Notes under the pieces: generated by a model
What the model was told of the DNA's origin: nothing
The model's input: the letters and a program-made list of their open reading frames with translations, nothing else
Database searches by the model: none
From: the human T2T-CHM13v2.0 reference genome, Homo sapiens
Direction: 5' to 3' (one strand)
NCBI RefSeq assembly: GCF_009914755.1
Contig: NC_060936.1
Length of the DNA stretch: 64,000 bases
Part shown: in pieces, positions 51,441 through 64,000 of the stretch
How the letters are laid out: the number at the start of each line of letters is the position of its first letter
How positions within the stretch are numbered: position 1 is the stretch's first letter
Position numbers and translations under genes: made by a program

Positions 51441-53156
51441 TATAGGAAGGCATCCTAACACAAGAAGATCTACTGGAGGTAACATAGACTTTTCCAGCTG
51501 ACTAGGCAGATTAGTTTCTTGTTTTTCTTTTAGCATACATAGGAATGTTTTCTGAAGATGGGATATAATACCAGTCGCCAAATATTCTCCAGCTACATGG
51601 AAAGTGTAACATTTGTAACTGAGATTCACATGCTTCAAGAGAGACACAGAGTGCTTGGGCCTAGCGGCTATTCTGATGTTATTGAATGATTTTCTCTGGT
51701 TTCACCAAACATTATTTGGAAAGAGAAGCTGGCGATGAGCAGTCTGGCTTAGGTAGCTTATGGTGGCTTGTCAGGTAGGGAAGAAATGCAAGAGAGAAGA
51801 AGCAGCGGGGAGTGCCTACTTGTGGGAGTCACTGGGGAAGCTGCAGTCTTGGTTAGAGGCAGGCTACTCCTCATCTGCTGAGTACAGGAAGACAAGAGGT
51901 GATACTTCCAAATATCACTCAGCTAATGCCCTATTCCTGACCTTCCCCTATGTCAGAAATGCATGAAAGAGACTAGAAAATCAGGAAGGAGTAAATATCA
52001 GGTATCAAGCTACCAGAGACAACCAAAACAGAGGTTACCAAAGAACTGAAGGAGACAGTGTCACTCAGGATGAGATCAAAACAAGGAGCAGGACTGCAAC
52101 AGGAGCTTAGGCACTTGTCCATGAGTCAAGGACCTCAGCAATCAACTTGCCATTTAAAATAAATGTAAACTTACTATGTGCCAAGCAGGACTCTTGATTT
52201 CTACCTCCTAAAACCTGCTCTCCCCTGAGTTTCCTCATTATGACTGTCAAAACAAAATATCACAGACTAGGTTTTCTTCAACAACAGAAATTCCTTTCCA
52301 ACACTTCTGGATGCTCAAGTTCCATGATGAAGCTGTCAGCAGGTTCAGTTCTTCTGGGCCCTGCCTGCTTGCCATCTACATATCTGCCTTCTTGCTGTGT
52401 TTCCCGTAGGTCTGCTTCTATACATACATAATTTTTGTGTCTCTCCGTGTGCAAATTTCTAGTTCTTATAAGGAATTTCCACTTCTTATAAGGACAGCAA
52501 TCTTATTAGATTTAGTTCCACTGAAACTCCCCCATTTTATCTTGATCACCTCTTCTTAGGGCTGTTTTCTAAACACAATGATATTCTAAGGAACAAGAGG
52601 TTGGCTGTGGAGTTTTGTATACCTATGCCTATCATATTTCACTAAATATTTGATTATATAGATATCATTTCTTTGGAATTTTGAGCTGGGTGAAGACAAC
52701 ACAAACCTGGCCATTCATGGCTGACAGAAGGTTGGCCCTCAGCCTGGTCAGACCCACACAGATTGTCTAATATTCTCTGGCTCTGGGTCTAGTCAGAAAA
52801 CTCTTGGTGTAGGATACAGGTGTCTTCATGCATTCTATCATTAATATACATGGGGAGGTTAAAAAAAACGTTGGCCATGAAAACTACCAAGGGGTTCTAG
52901 AAATGAACAGAAAGAATACACAGTTCTTGAATGAGACACCCTATTTCATGACTTCAAAATTTTTTCCTTGCTCTACCCCTTTGTTAGAATGTTTGATCAG
53001 ATTTAGTTGGGCTTTACATCTTCTAGGAATTTTTTTTTATACAGACTCTTGCTCTGTCACCCAGGCTGGAGTGTGGTGTCATGATCCTGGCTTACACCAT
53101 CCTTGAAATCCTGTGCTCAGGGGATTCCCCCAGCTTCAGCCTCTTAAGTTGTTTGA

Positions 53157-53339
<183 letters not shown>

Positions 53340-54088
53340 TAGGAAAAATTTTTAATCACTCCCACTTATAATGAGTGGCCACAATTATGTATTCCAATAA
53401 GATAGTCTGGTACCCACATAAAAGCCTCAAGCATATCGCATTGATCTATTTCTTAGTACCTGTGCTATCTCTCTCCCAGATTGCTCTTCCACACAGAAAT
53501 TTTTTTCATTTTTGCAATATTCTGAAACGAATTTCTCCAGACTCTCTTTCTAAAATGTATTTGTTGACATTTTGTGTTCTAAATCAAATTTCCCTGTGTT
53601 TATTTTTCATCTTACCTCTGGCTTCTTTTTAAATAAAATTTGATAAAATTTTTTAAATCTAATCTTCTAGATAAGCATCTATAATTCTTCTTACTCCTTT
53701 CTTTTCATTTTTGTTTTTAAAATTTAGATCAACATACTGTGTTTCCAAGGTCTTTTTACTGAGTTTGTGTTAGTAGCTCTCTTTTCATCTGCTGACTTTT
53801 CTATTATATCAAGTAGTTCCTGCCCATCGTTCCACCCTTTTCATGGAAAGTATAGGTGAGTCAGTATCAACAGCTGCCACTTACCATTTCAGGCCTCGAA
53901 TAAGTCTTGTACTGTCATTCAGTTTTTTCTCAAGGATAGTGATAACTTCAGATGACCTTGTTAGAGGTATTGTGTGTGGGGATGTGACTGGACATCCTAA
54001 AGACAGGCCACTTGATCAGTTGGATGAGAGGATCCTGTGTTGTACACATAAGAATCTGTTCCTACTCTTCCAGAAGGGTCTGAGAATA

Positions 54089-55614
54089 CAAGGGGATTTC
54101 AAAAATTTTTTGGAAGAACGTAATCACAATATGAAAGTAGACAATATAAACTTTATTTCTTAACATTATCTCCATCACATTCAAGAAGTTTGGCAAGTAA
54201 TGATACAAGAAATTTAGCCTATCTACAAAGAATTGGGGACCCTGGGAATTTCACCATATAAATGTAGTCTTTTCACACTATTAACTGAAGAAAACAGAAT
54301 ACACGTTAAAGATATTTTAATATTAGAGAAAAAGAAATTCAAAGATACTGCATCAGTACTGTAAATTGGATGCCTAGTGATTTTCTTTTTTTTCTTTTCT
54401 GTTTTATTTTCATAGGTTGGGGAACAGGTGGTGTTTGGTTATGTATATAAGTTCTTGAGTGGTGATTTGTGAGATTTTGTTGCACCCATCACCTGGGCAG
54501 TACTCACTGCACCCAATTTATAGTCTTTTATCCCTCACCTCTTTCTGACTCTTTCCCCCTGAGTTCCCAAAGTCCACTGTGTCATTCTTAAGCCTTTGCA
54601 TCCTCATAGTTTAGCTCCCATTCATGAGTGAGAACATACGATATTTGGTTTTCCAGTCCTAAGTTACTTCACTTAGAATGATGATATCGACTTATGAAAG
54701 ATTGGAGAAAGTTAGGCAAAACTTTAGCAGATGAATGCCCAGAAACGCTTTAGCAGAGTCCTTCTCCATCACAACAAAGCTCCTGCTCATTCCCCTCATG
54801 AAAGAGGAGCAATTTTCCAGTCGATGTTGTCATTCCTTGACCCTCCCCAAAGTTATCAACCAAAATACCTTGGGCATCCGAACACACTGTTGGCATAATA
54901 TTTGTTTTTGTCGCATTTACTTAGACTAGACCACTTCCACCTCTTGGTACCCATTGCTTTGATTGTGTTTTTCCCTTTGAGTGGCACTGGTAAAGCCACA
55001 TTTGATCTCCTGTTACAGCTCTTCAAAGACATGCTTAGGATCTTTTCTTTTCTTCTCCTTCCTACTTCTTTAATTTTTCATTGAATGTTCTGTTCTTGTC
55101 TGTAGCTGACTTGGGTACAGCAGTTTTGGCCCTCATCAAGTGGATAGTTTGCTCAAGTTTAAGCTCTTGTTTCTGTTGTTAATTGTCAGACCTCTTCAAT
55201 TAGGCCAAAAGAAGATAAAGTTTTTGCCCATAAGTTGATGTGTATGGTCTGCTGCTGCAATGTTTACTTTCACCATTATCTCATCGATTCTAAAAGTGAG
55301 TTATCCATTCTGTGAAGGGCTGATTTACATGCGCACAAATATGTCCTAATGCATCAGTGATGTCACCATCCCTCCACCCAAGCTTCAACATAAACTCGAA
55401 TTTGTTTTTCCTACAATTTTAGTAGAATATTTGCTGCTCTGATAGAGGCTGTTTTCAAACCGGTTTCTCAACCATGTTAGTGACTGAACGAGATCCTGTT
55501 CAGACATGTTGTAACAAGTTAGTACAAATGTATTTTGATACAAAAAATGTTTATATCCATGCATAATTTTTAAACATCATATGTATTTTCTACAAACAGT
55601 TTGAAGATGTCTTA
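54089..55614 (-). mobile_element. Hsmar2 with both TIRs (PRB2 unit)
   Basis: Paralog of 14901-16576, with two internal deletions. Confidence 0.82.
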
Positions 55615-58459
55615 TATTATTGGAAGCCTTCCTCATAAAACGAGGGTTGCTGCAGATTACTCTGCCATTGGCTGGTGATCAGATAGATTGTTGTTTTCCT
55701 CCCTCACCCCTTCTGGAATATTAGGGATGTTTGCTAAAGAGGAAATATATTACCAGCTAGCAATTCTTCTTTGGCTACGCAGTAAGAAAACCGTTGTAGT
55801 TTGGCTTTATGTGCTTGGGGGGGTGGGGCATAAAGCAGTTGCTTGTCCTAGCACGTGCCCTAATGATACCAGGGTGACTGTGATTGGTTTCTACACACAC
55901 TAATTGGACAGGGAAACTGGAGAAGAATGGTCCTGCCTAATGACTTACGGTAGACCTTTTAGTGGGAAAGGAAGATCCGAGGGAAGGAGCAGAGGGGAGT
56001 GCTTCGCAGACTTGCCTCATTGCATAGGTTGCTGTAGAAGTGGTAGTCCTGGTGTAAAAAGACTCCCCCTTGGCTTGATGAGTACAGGAAGACAGCAGGC
56101 ATTGCCTTCAAATATCACTCAGCTCAGGCCCTTTCTCTGACATTGTCCAATGTCAGCAATGAGTGAAAGAGATTAGTTTATTAGGGAAGAATAAATATTA
56201 ACTACAAAATCTCCACACACAAATAAAACAGAGATGACAGAAGAGCTGAATGAGGCCCTGTCAGTGAGTAAGGATGGGGTCAAAGCAAGGAGCAGGTCTG
56301 CAGCAGGAGCCCTGGCACCTTTTGGTCAGTTGAAGCTCTCAGCAATCCACTTGCCTTCTAATATGGATGCAAACATAATATGTCCCAAAAAAGATCCTTG
56401 ATTTCTGCATCTTAAACGGCTCTCCCTTGACGTAGTTTGTTATGTCTGCCCTAAAAAAAACCAAAACACACTGTGTAATTTGAACAACAGAAATTGATTT
56501 TCTGAGGCTCACATTCCATGATCAAGGTGTTAACAGGTTCATTTCTTCTAAGATGTCTCTTCTTGGATTTGACTTGGCTAATTTAGTTTTTTTGTCCTCA
56601 AACACCTCGATCATTTACTTTCTGAAAAACTTTCACAGTCTACAAGGTCTTTTTTCAAATTTTAGACTTATATATGTCAGTTCTGAAATTTCTATTTTAT
56701 TATTTTCTATAGTTCCTTTTTCTGCTGAGAAGCTTTTTCCCATTTACTTTGAGAGTGTTCACATTTACCTCAGAAAAGTTGACTATAAGAGCTGCTTTAA
56801 AGTCTGATCATTTCCATATCGAAGTGGTTTCAAGGCTGTTATATCTTGATTATACCCTTCATTAAGAATTGGTCAATTGTTTACGGTTTGTAAAAGTATA
56901 TTGAGTAATTTTCTATTTTATGCCTCACATGGGCATTTTTCTGTGTTTACAATACACAAAAAATTCAACAAGGCAAGCTTTGGACATTGAAGGGTGGAGG
57001 CACTCAGGCTACATCGTGATCCACCCACTGGCTCCACTGGCAGAAGGGTTAATCCCACTGACATTATTCTACTTGGAACTTCTATGTGGATGATTCTCCT
57101 TGGCTCTTATGAGATAAGAGTATAAGCATTTCATATAGTACACACTTATAAAATTAAAAACAACAGAAAAGTGCGCTGAATGGGTCCCAAAGGCCTTATC
57201 CACTATGTCTTCCTAACTTTTCATGTTTTGTACCCCATTTTCTCAAAGCTCAAATGAACACAAGCACTTCTTTTCTCTTTTCCTCTACAAGAACCACAGA
57301 GTTTAACATTTGCTTCTTAGAGGCTATCCCAGTAGCCAGGCAGCCCTGCTCTCTTCTGACTGGGGATTTACAGAATGCAGGAAAATGAGGCTGAGGTAGA
57401 AAGGGTGACTATACACCCAGCATAATGGCTCATGACTGTAATCCCACTACTTTTGGAGGCTGAGATTGGAGGATTGTTGATGTCAGGAATTCAAGATCAG
57501 CCTAACAATATAGCAAGATCTCCCCATGTATACAACAAAATTTACAAAATCAACCTTGCATGGTGATGGGCACCTGTAGTCCCATCTAATTCAGAGGGTG
57601 ATCTGGAAGAATTGCTTGATCCCAGGAGTTCAAGACTGCAGTGAGCCATGATTGCACCACTGTACTCCAGCTTAAGTGAGAGAACAAGTCCCTGTCTCTA
57701 AAAAGAAATAATAATACTAATAATAACAATAATAACAATAAATGACTACTGCAACTGAAAAGCTTTTTTTCCCCCACCCTGGCTTCTAGCCCCAGGGTCT
57801 ACCTCCTTTAAATGCATCTCCAGTGTCTATGGATTCAACAGACTTCCAGTCTCTTCCTTTCTTTCCCCTTATATGCCACTGTAGCTCTATCCTGTATCCT
57901 CAGCATGCCTTCCCCCACTCCGACAGAATCAAGTACAACGGTGAATTGAGCAAGTATAGGCAATAGAGCTATAAATATCTATGTTTCTACCCTCTTTGAT
58001 ATTTTTTCAATATTTGGAGATGGGTATGTAGGGCCCTTAGTCCTTCTTGTGTCAGGGTCTTCTCAGGCCCAACCCAAATCCTGAAAGGAACTGAGATCAG
58101 AGTAGAGGAAAAGAAGTGATGAGAGATGTGAACAAAGTGTCTTCATGCAAGTAAGACACATTTACTGTCTAATTCAAGCATTGTAGCCACAGCCTAAGAC
58201 TCAACTGAATAAACACGTGAATTTTAAGTCTCCCCAAATGTTTGCAACAGCTTTGGGGCATCTTTAACCCTTTACCTCCTGTTATCTTTGGAATGGAGCA
58301 AAAACTGAAAGTTTTACATGGGAAGTTTCCTTCAATTCTACCACCTGGTACTCAGTTTACAACCATTTCCCAATCCTTCTTGTTAATGAGCTATATAAAA
58401 GGAGACAAATTATTGACCACTTGTCATACATTTTGGTCAACATGCCAGCTATTGATATG

Positions 58460-60480
58460 TATTTTTTACATTATCAACTGAAGAAAAATGGATGCCTTTT
58501 ACAAACGTTATAAGAACACAAAACAAAAAGAAAACAAAAGAAACCAAATTAGGGTTGTAATGTGTCCAGAATTGGTTTCTTCCAGTTGGTTCTTGGTCTC
58601 GCTGACTTCAAGAATGAAGCTGCGGATGCTTGCAGTGAGTGTTACAGTTCTTAAAGATGGTGTGTCCATAGTTTGTTCCTTCAGATGTTCAGATGTGTCT
58701 GGAGTTTCTTCCTTCCGGTGGGTTCTTGTTCTCACTGACTTCAGGAGTGAGGCCACAGACTTTTGCAGTGATTGTTACAGCTCTTAAGGCCGTGTCCAAA
58801 GTTGTTTTTTCTTCCTGGTGGGTTGGTGGTCTCAGTGACTTCAGGAATGAAGCCGCAGACCCTCTCGTGTGTGTTACAGCTCATAAAGGTAGTGCAGACC
58901 CAAAGAGTGAGCAGCAGCAAGATTTGTTGTGAAGGGCAAAAGAACAAAGCTTCCACAGCATGGAAGGGGACCCAAACAAGTTACCACTGCTGGCTCAGTT
59001 GGCCAGCTTTTATTCCCATATTTGGCCCTGCCCACATCCCGCTGATTGGTACATTTTACAGAGCGCTGATTGGTCCATTTTACAGAGTGCTGATTTGTCC
59101 ATTTTACAGGGTGCTGATTGGTGCATTTGTAATCCTTTAGCTAGACACAGAGTCCTGATTGGTGCATTTTTACAGAGTGCTGATTTGTGCATTCACAATC
59201 CTTTAGCTAGACAGAGAGCACTGATTGGTGCATTTTTATAGAGTGCTGATTGGTGCATGTACAATCCTTTTGCTAGACACAGAGTGCTGATTGGAGCATT
59301 TTTATAGAGTGCTGAATGGTACATTTACAATCCTTTTGCTAGACACAGAGCAATGATTGGTGCATTTACAATCATCTAGCTAGACAGAAAAGTTTTCCAA
59401 CTCCCCACTCGACCCGGGAAGTCCACTTGGCTTCACTTCTCACCAATGTGAAAGCCTAATGATTTTCCATCAGAACTGTCTTATAATTACCCTGTTTGAT
59501 AAGAGAAATGAGCAGAAGCAAGGTTGTGAAGGTTGTGTTGAAGGACTCTGCTGAAGCTTTCCCAAGGATTCCTATACTAAAGCTTTGGCTTTCTCAAAAT
59601 ATTCTCAGAATAAGCAGTTATTGTCATTCTCCAGAAAGTCAACCAGCAAAATGACTTGAGCTTTCCAATAAACTCTTGCCATGACCTTTGTGCTCTCCTC
59701 ATCCACTTTTGTTTTGACTGGACTTTTCCACCTCTTGATAGCCATTGCTTTGATTGTATTTGTTTTCCAGATTTTACTGGTAAAGTCACTTGTTATCTCC
59801 TCTTATAATTCACTGAAGAAATGCTTATGGTCTTCATTGTTCCTATTTAAATTTTTAGGGAAACTTCTGCTCTTGTCTGTACTTGATCTTGGTGACACAG
59901 TTTGGGCATCCATTAAGTGAAAAGCTTACTAAACTTTAATCATTCAGTTAGATTCATGTAAATTGAACCAACTGAGAAGTCTGCAGTGTTGGTTATTGTG
60001 TGTGCTACTAATCATCACACCTCTTCTCCTGGGTTTAAAGAAGATGAATTTATTCCTTGCAATGTGATGTGAATCATCTGTCACTGTAAGCTTTAGGTTC
60101 AACATTGCCTCATTCCTTCTTGAAATGAGGAACTTCTCATTGAATTTGTGAACTGCTGACTTCTTCTACCAATGTCAACTTACCATGTGTCAAGTAGGAC
60201 AACTCTTTGGACACCATCAATGATTTTACCTTCTTCCACCCAAGCTTCACAGTACATTTGATGCTCCTACTCACTTTAATTTTAGAAGAATTCATGTTGC
60301 TCTTTTAGGGGTCTTTTGAAACTGCTTTCTTATTTTCCTTCATGCCTCAAACTAGCTCCTGTTCAGACATGTTATAGCAAAAGATTATGATTTTATTTTG
60401 GTGCCAAAACATTGGAATCCATTCATGGTGTTTCTTAATAGGATATACATTTTCCTTCAACATTATAACAACCCACTGCA
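58460..60480 (-). mobile_element. Hsmar2 relic containing LTR12 (PRB2 unit)
   Basis: Paralog of 19430-21438. Confidence 0.8.
58561..59442 (-). mobile_element. Solo LTR12 (ERV9 LTR), paralog, 882 bp
   Basis: TGTGTCC...CA ends; same insertion site as 19532. Confidence 0.92.
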
Positions 60481-63139
60481 TATAGGAAGGTGTCCTGATA
60501 CAATAAGCTCTACTAGAGGTAACTCAGAATTTTCCAGCTGACTAGGCAGATTGGTTTCTTGTTTATCTCCTAGGATAAATAGGGATGTTTTCTGAAGATG
60601 GAATATAATACCAGTGGCCAAATATTCTCCAGTTACACAGAAAGTTTAACATTTGTAACTGAGATTCACATTCTTTAAGAGAGAGAGAGAGTACTTGGGC
60701 CAGTCTGGTGTCCTGATGTTATTGAATGATTTTCTCTGGTTTCACCAAACATTGTTTGAAAAGGAAGCTGTTGATGGGCAGTCTGGCCTAGGTAGCTTAT
60801 GGTGGCCCATCAGGAAGGAAAGAAACGCAAGAGAGAAGAAGCAGAGGGGAGAGCCAGGCAGATGTGACTCCTTGTGGGAGTCAGTGGGGAAGTTGCAGTC
60901 CTGGTTGGAGACAGACTTCTCCTTGTCTGCTGAGTACAGCAAGACAAGAGGTGATGCTTCCAAATATCACTCAGCTCACAACCTGTCCTTCTCCTATGTC
61001 AGAAATGAGTGAAAGAGATTAGCATATCAGGAAGGAGTAAATATCAGATATCAAGCTACCAGAGACAAGCAAAATAGAGGTTACCAAAGAACTGATGGAG
61101 ACAGTGTCACTGATTTAGGATGGGGTAAAAGCAAGGAGCAAGGCTGCAACAAAAGCTTAGGCACTTGTCCATGAGTCAAGGACCTCAGCAATCCACTTGC
61201 CATTTAAAATAATGTAAACTTACCATGTGCCAAGCAGGACTCTTGATTTGTACCTCCTAAAACCTGCTCTCCCCTGAATTTCTTTATAATAGCCATCAAA
61301 ACAAAATATCACAGACTAACATTCTTAAGCAACAGAAATTACTTTTCAACCCTTCTGGATGCTCAAGTTCCATGATGAAGGTGTCAGCAGGTTCAGTTCT
61401 TCTGGGCCCTGTCTACTTGGCATCTAGATATCACCTTCTTGCTGTGTCCTCCCATGGGGCTGCGTCTGTGCCTATGTACTTATTGTGTCTCTCTGTGTGC
61501 AAATTTCCAGTTCTTATAAGGAATTTCCACTTCTTCTAAGGACACTCATCTTATTGGATTTAGTTCCACTGAAACTCCCTCATTTTAGCTTGATCACCTC
61601 TTCTTAGGGCTGTTTTCTAAACACAATCATATTCTAAGGAACAACATGTTGGCTGTGGAGTTTTCTATACCTATGCCTATCATATTTCCCTAAACATTTG
61701 ATTATGTAGAGATTATTTCTTTGGAACTTTGAGCTGTGTGCAGACAACACAAACCTGGCCATTCATGGCTGACAGAAGGTTGGCTCTCAGCCTGGTTGGA
61801 CCCACACAGATTGTCCAATATTCCTTGGATCTGGCTCCAATCAGAAAAGTCTTGGTGTTGTAGGATACAGGAGTCTTAACGTATTCTATTATTAATATTC
61901 ATGGAGAGGTTAAAACAAAGTTGGACACAAAAACTACCAGAGGTTTCTAGAAATGAACAAAATGAATACACGTCCTTGAATGAGCCATCCTACTTCATGT
62001 CTTTAAGAATTTTTTCTTGCTCTTCCCCTTTATTAGAATGTTTGATCAGATGCAGTTTGGGCTTTATGTCTTACAGGATTATATATATGTAAATATAGGC
62101 TCTTGCTCTGTCAGCCAGGCTGGAGTGTGGTGTCCTGATCATGGCTTCCAGCATCCTTGAACTCCTATGCTCTGAGGATTCCCCCCACTTCAACCACTTG
62201 AGTTGCTTGAATTACAGGTTCATGACACCCACCATGCCCGTTTATTATTTTTTAATTTATTTAAAAATTTTTTGAAGAGATGGATCCACAATTTGTTGCT
62301 CAGGCTGGTCTTAAACTCCTGGCCTCAAGGGATCCATCCAACTCACCCTCCCAAAGTCCTGGGATAACAGGCATGAGTCGCCACATTCAGTTGTTCTTCT
62401 AGGAAAAATTTTTAATCACTCCCACTTATAATGAGTGACCACAATTATATATTCCAATGAGATAGTCAGGAACCCACATAAAAGCCTCAAGGGTATTGCA
62501 CTGATCTATTTCTTAGTACATGTGCTGTCTCCCAGATTGTTCTTCCACACAGAAATTTTTTTTATTTTTGCATTATTCTGAAAGTATTTTCTCCCCACTC
62601 TCTTTCTAAAATGTATTTGTTGACATTTCCTGTTCTAAATAATCTTCCCTGTGTTTATTTTTCATCTTATATCTGGCTTCTTCTTAAATAAATTTTTGGA
62701 ATTTTTTTAAATCAAATGTACTAAGTAAGAATCTATAATTCTTCTTACTCCTTTCATTTTATGTTTGTTTTTAAAATTTAGATCAATATACTGTATTTCC
62801 AAAGTCTTTTTACTGAGTTTGTGTTGGTAGCTCTCTTTTCGTCTGCTGACTTCTCTGTTATATCAAGTAGTTCCTGCCCATCATTTCATCTTTTTATGGA
62901 AAGTACAGGTTAGTCAGTATTAACAGCTGCCACTTATCATTTCAGGCCTCGAATACTCCTGAGACATCATTCAGTTTTTGCTCAAGGATAGTGATAACTT
63001 CAGGATGCCTCATTAGAGGTATTGTGTGTGGGGCTGCCACTGGAAATCCTAAACACAGGCCACTTGATCATTTCAATGAGAGGATCCTGTGTTGTACACA
63101 TTAGAATCTGATCCTGCTCTTCCAGATGGGTTTGAAATA

Positions 63140-63392
63140 CAAGGGATTTCAAAAGGTTTGTGGAAGAATGCAATTACAATATGAAATTAGACATTATATA
63201 AACTTTATTTCTTAACATAACCTCCACCGCATTCAAGAAGGTTTGCAAGTAATGACACAAATAATTTAGCCTATCTATAAACAATTGAGGGTCCTGAGAA
63301 TTTCACCATATAAATACAGTCTTTTCACATTACTAACTGAAGAAAACAGCATACACATTAAAGTATTTTTATCTTAGAAAAAAAAAGAAGTC
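63140..63392 (-). mobile_element. Hsmar2 left end up to the L1 insertion (PRB2 unit)
   Basis: TIR caagggatttcaaaaggtttgtggaa; paralog of 24118-24369. Confidence 0.75.
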
Positions 63393-64000
63393 TGAGGAAC
63401 AGCTCCAGTCTACAGCTCCCAGCATAAGCAATGCAAGAGATGAATGATTTCTGCATTTCCAACAGAGGTACTGGTTCATCTCACTGGGGATTGTCGGACA
63501 GTGGGTGCAGTGCACCAAGCATGAGCCGAAGCAGGGTGAGGCATCGCCTCACCCGGGAAGTGCAAGGGGTCAGGGAATTCCCTTTCCTAGCCAAGGAAAG
63601 GGGTGACAGATGGCACCTGGAAAATCGGGTCACTCACACCCTAATACTGTGATTTTCTGATGGTCTTAGCAAATGGCACATCAGGAGATTATATCCCGTG
63701 CATGGCTCGGAGGGTCCTACACCCAAGGAGCCTCGCTTATTGCTAGCACAGCAGTCTGAGTTCAAACTGCAAGATGGCAGTGAGGCTGGGGGAGGGGCAC
63801 CCACCATTGCTGAGGCTTGAGCTGGTAAACAAAGCAGCTGGGAAGCTCGAACTGGGTGGAGCCCACTGCAGCTCAAGGGGGCCTGCCTGCCTCTGTAGAC
63901 TCCACCTCTGGGGGCAGGGCATAGCCAAACAAAAGGTAGCAGAAACCTCTGCAGACTTAAATGGCCCTGTCTGACAGATTGGAAGACAGTAGTGGTTCTC
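63393..64000 (+). mobile_element. 5' UTR of the paralogous L1PA copy (runs off the window)
   Basis: Same junction aagtc|tgaggaacagctcc as at 24370. Confidence 0.93.

Overview
Human-type (primate) genomic DNA that I recognise as part of the salivary basic proline-rich protein cluster. It holds two tandem minus-strand genes. PRB1 has coding exons 2737-2674, 1738-1703 and 1186-291 (331 aa; exon 4 lies outside the window). PRB2 has coding exons 42715-42652, 41716-41681 and 41163-40013 (416 aa; non-coding exon 4 at ~38720-38834). They sit in a ~39 kb tandem segmental duplication (1-24992 ~ 39723-64000). The intergenic DNA is largely 4-5 diverged, gene-less copies of the PRB 5' flank. These carry amplified copies of one Hsmar2 mariner insertion, with nested Alu, LTR12 (ERV9) and L1 insertions that order the duplication history. 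No new protein-coding system is supported. The best leads are: the amplified upstream modules; an L1 ORF0 splice donor in phase with PRB1 exon 2; gene-conversion tracts; CpG-switchable convertase sites; a fossil C-terminus behind the stop codon; and an L1-associated fold-back inversion. All alignments were done by eye. Repeat subfamily names come from recalled consensus sequences, not from a search.
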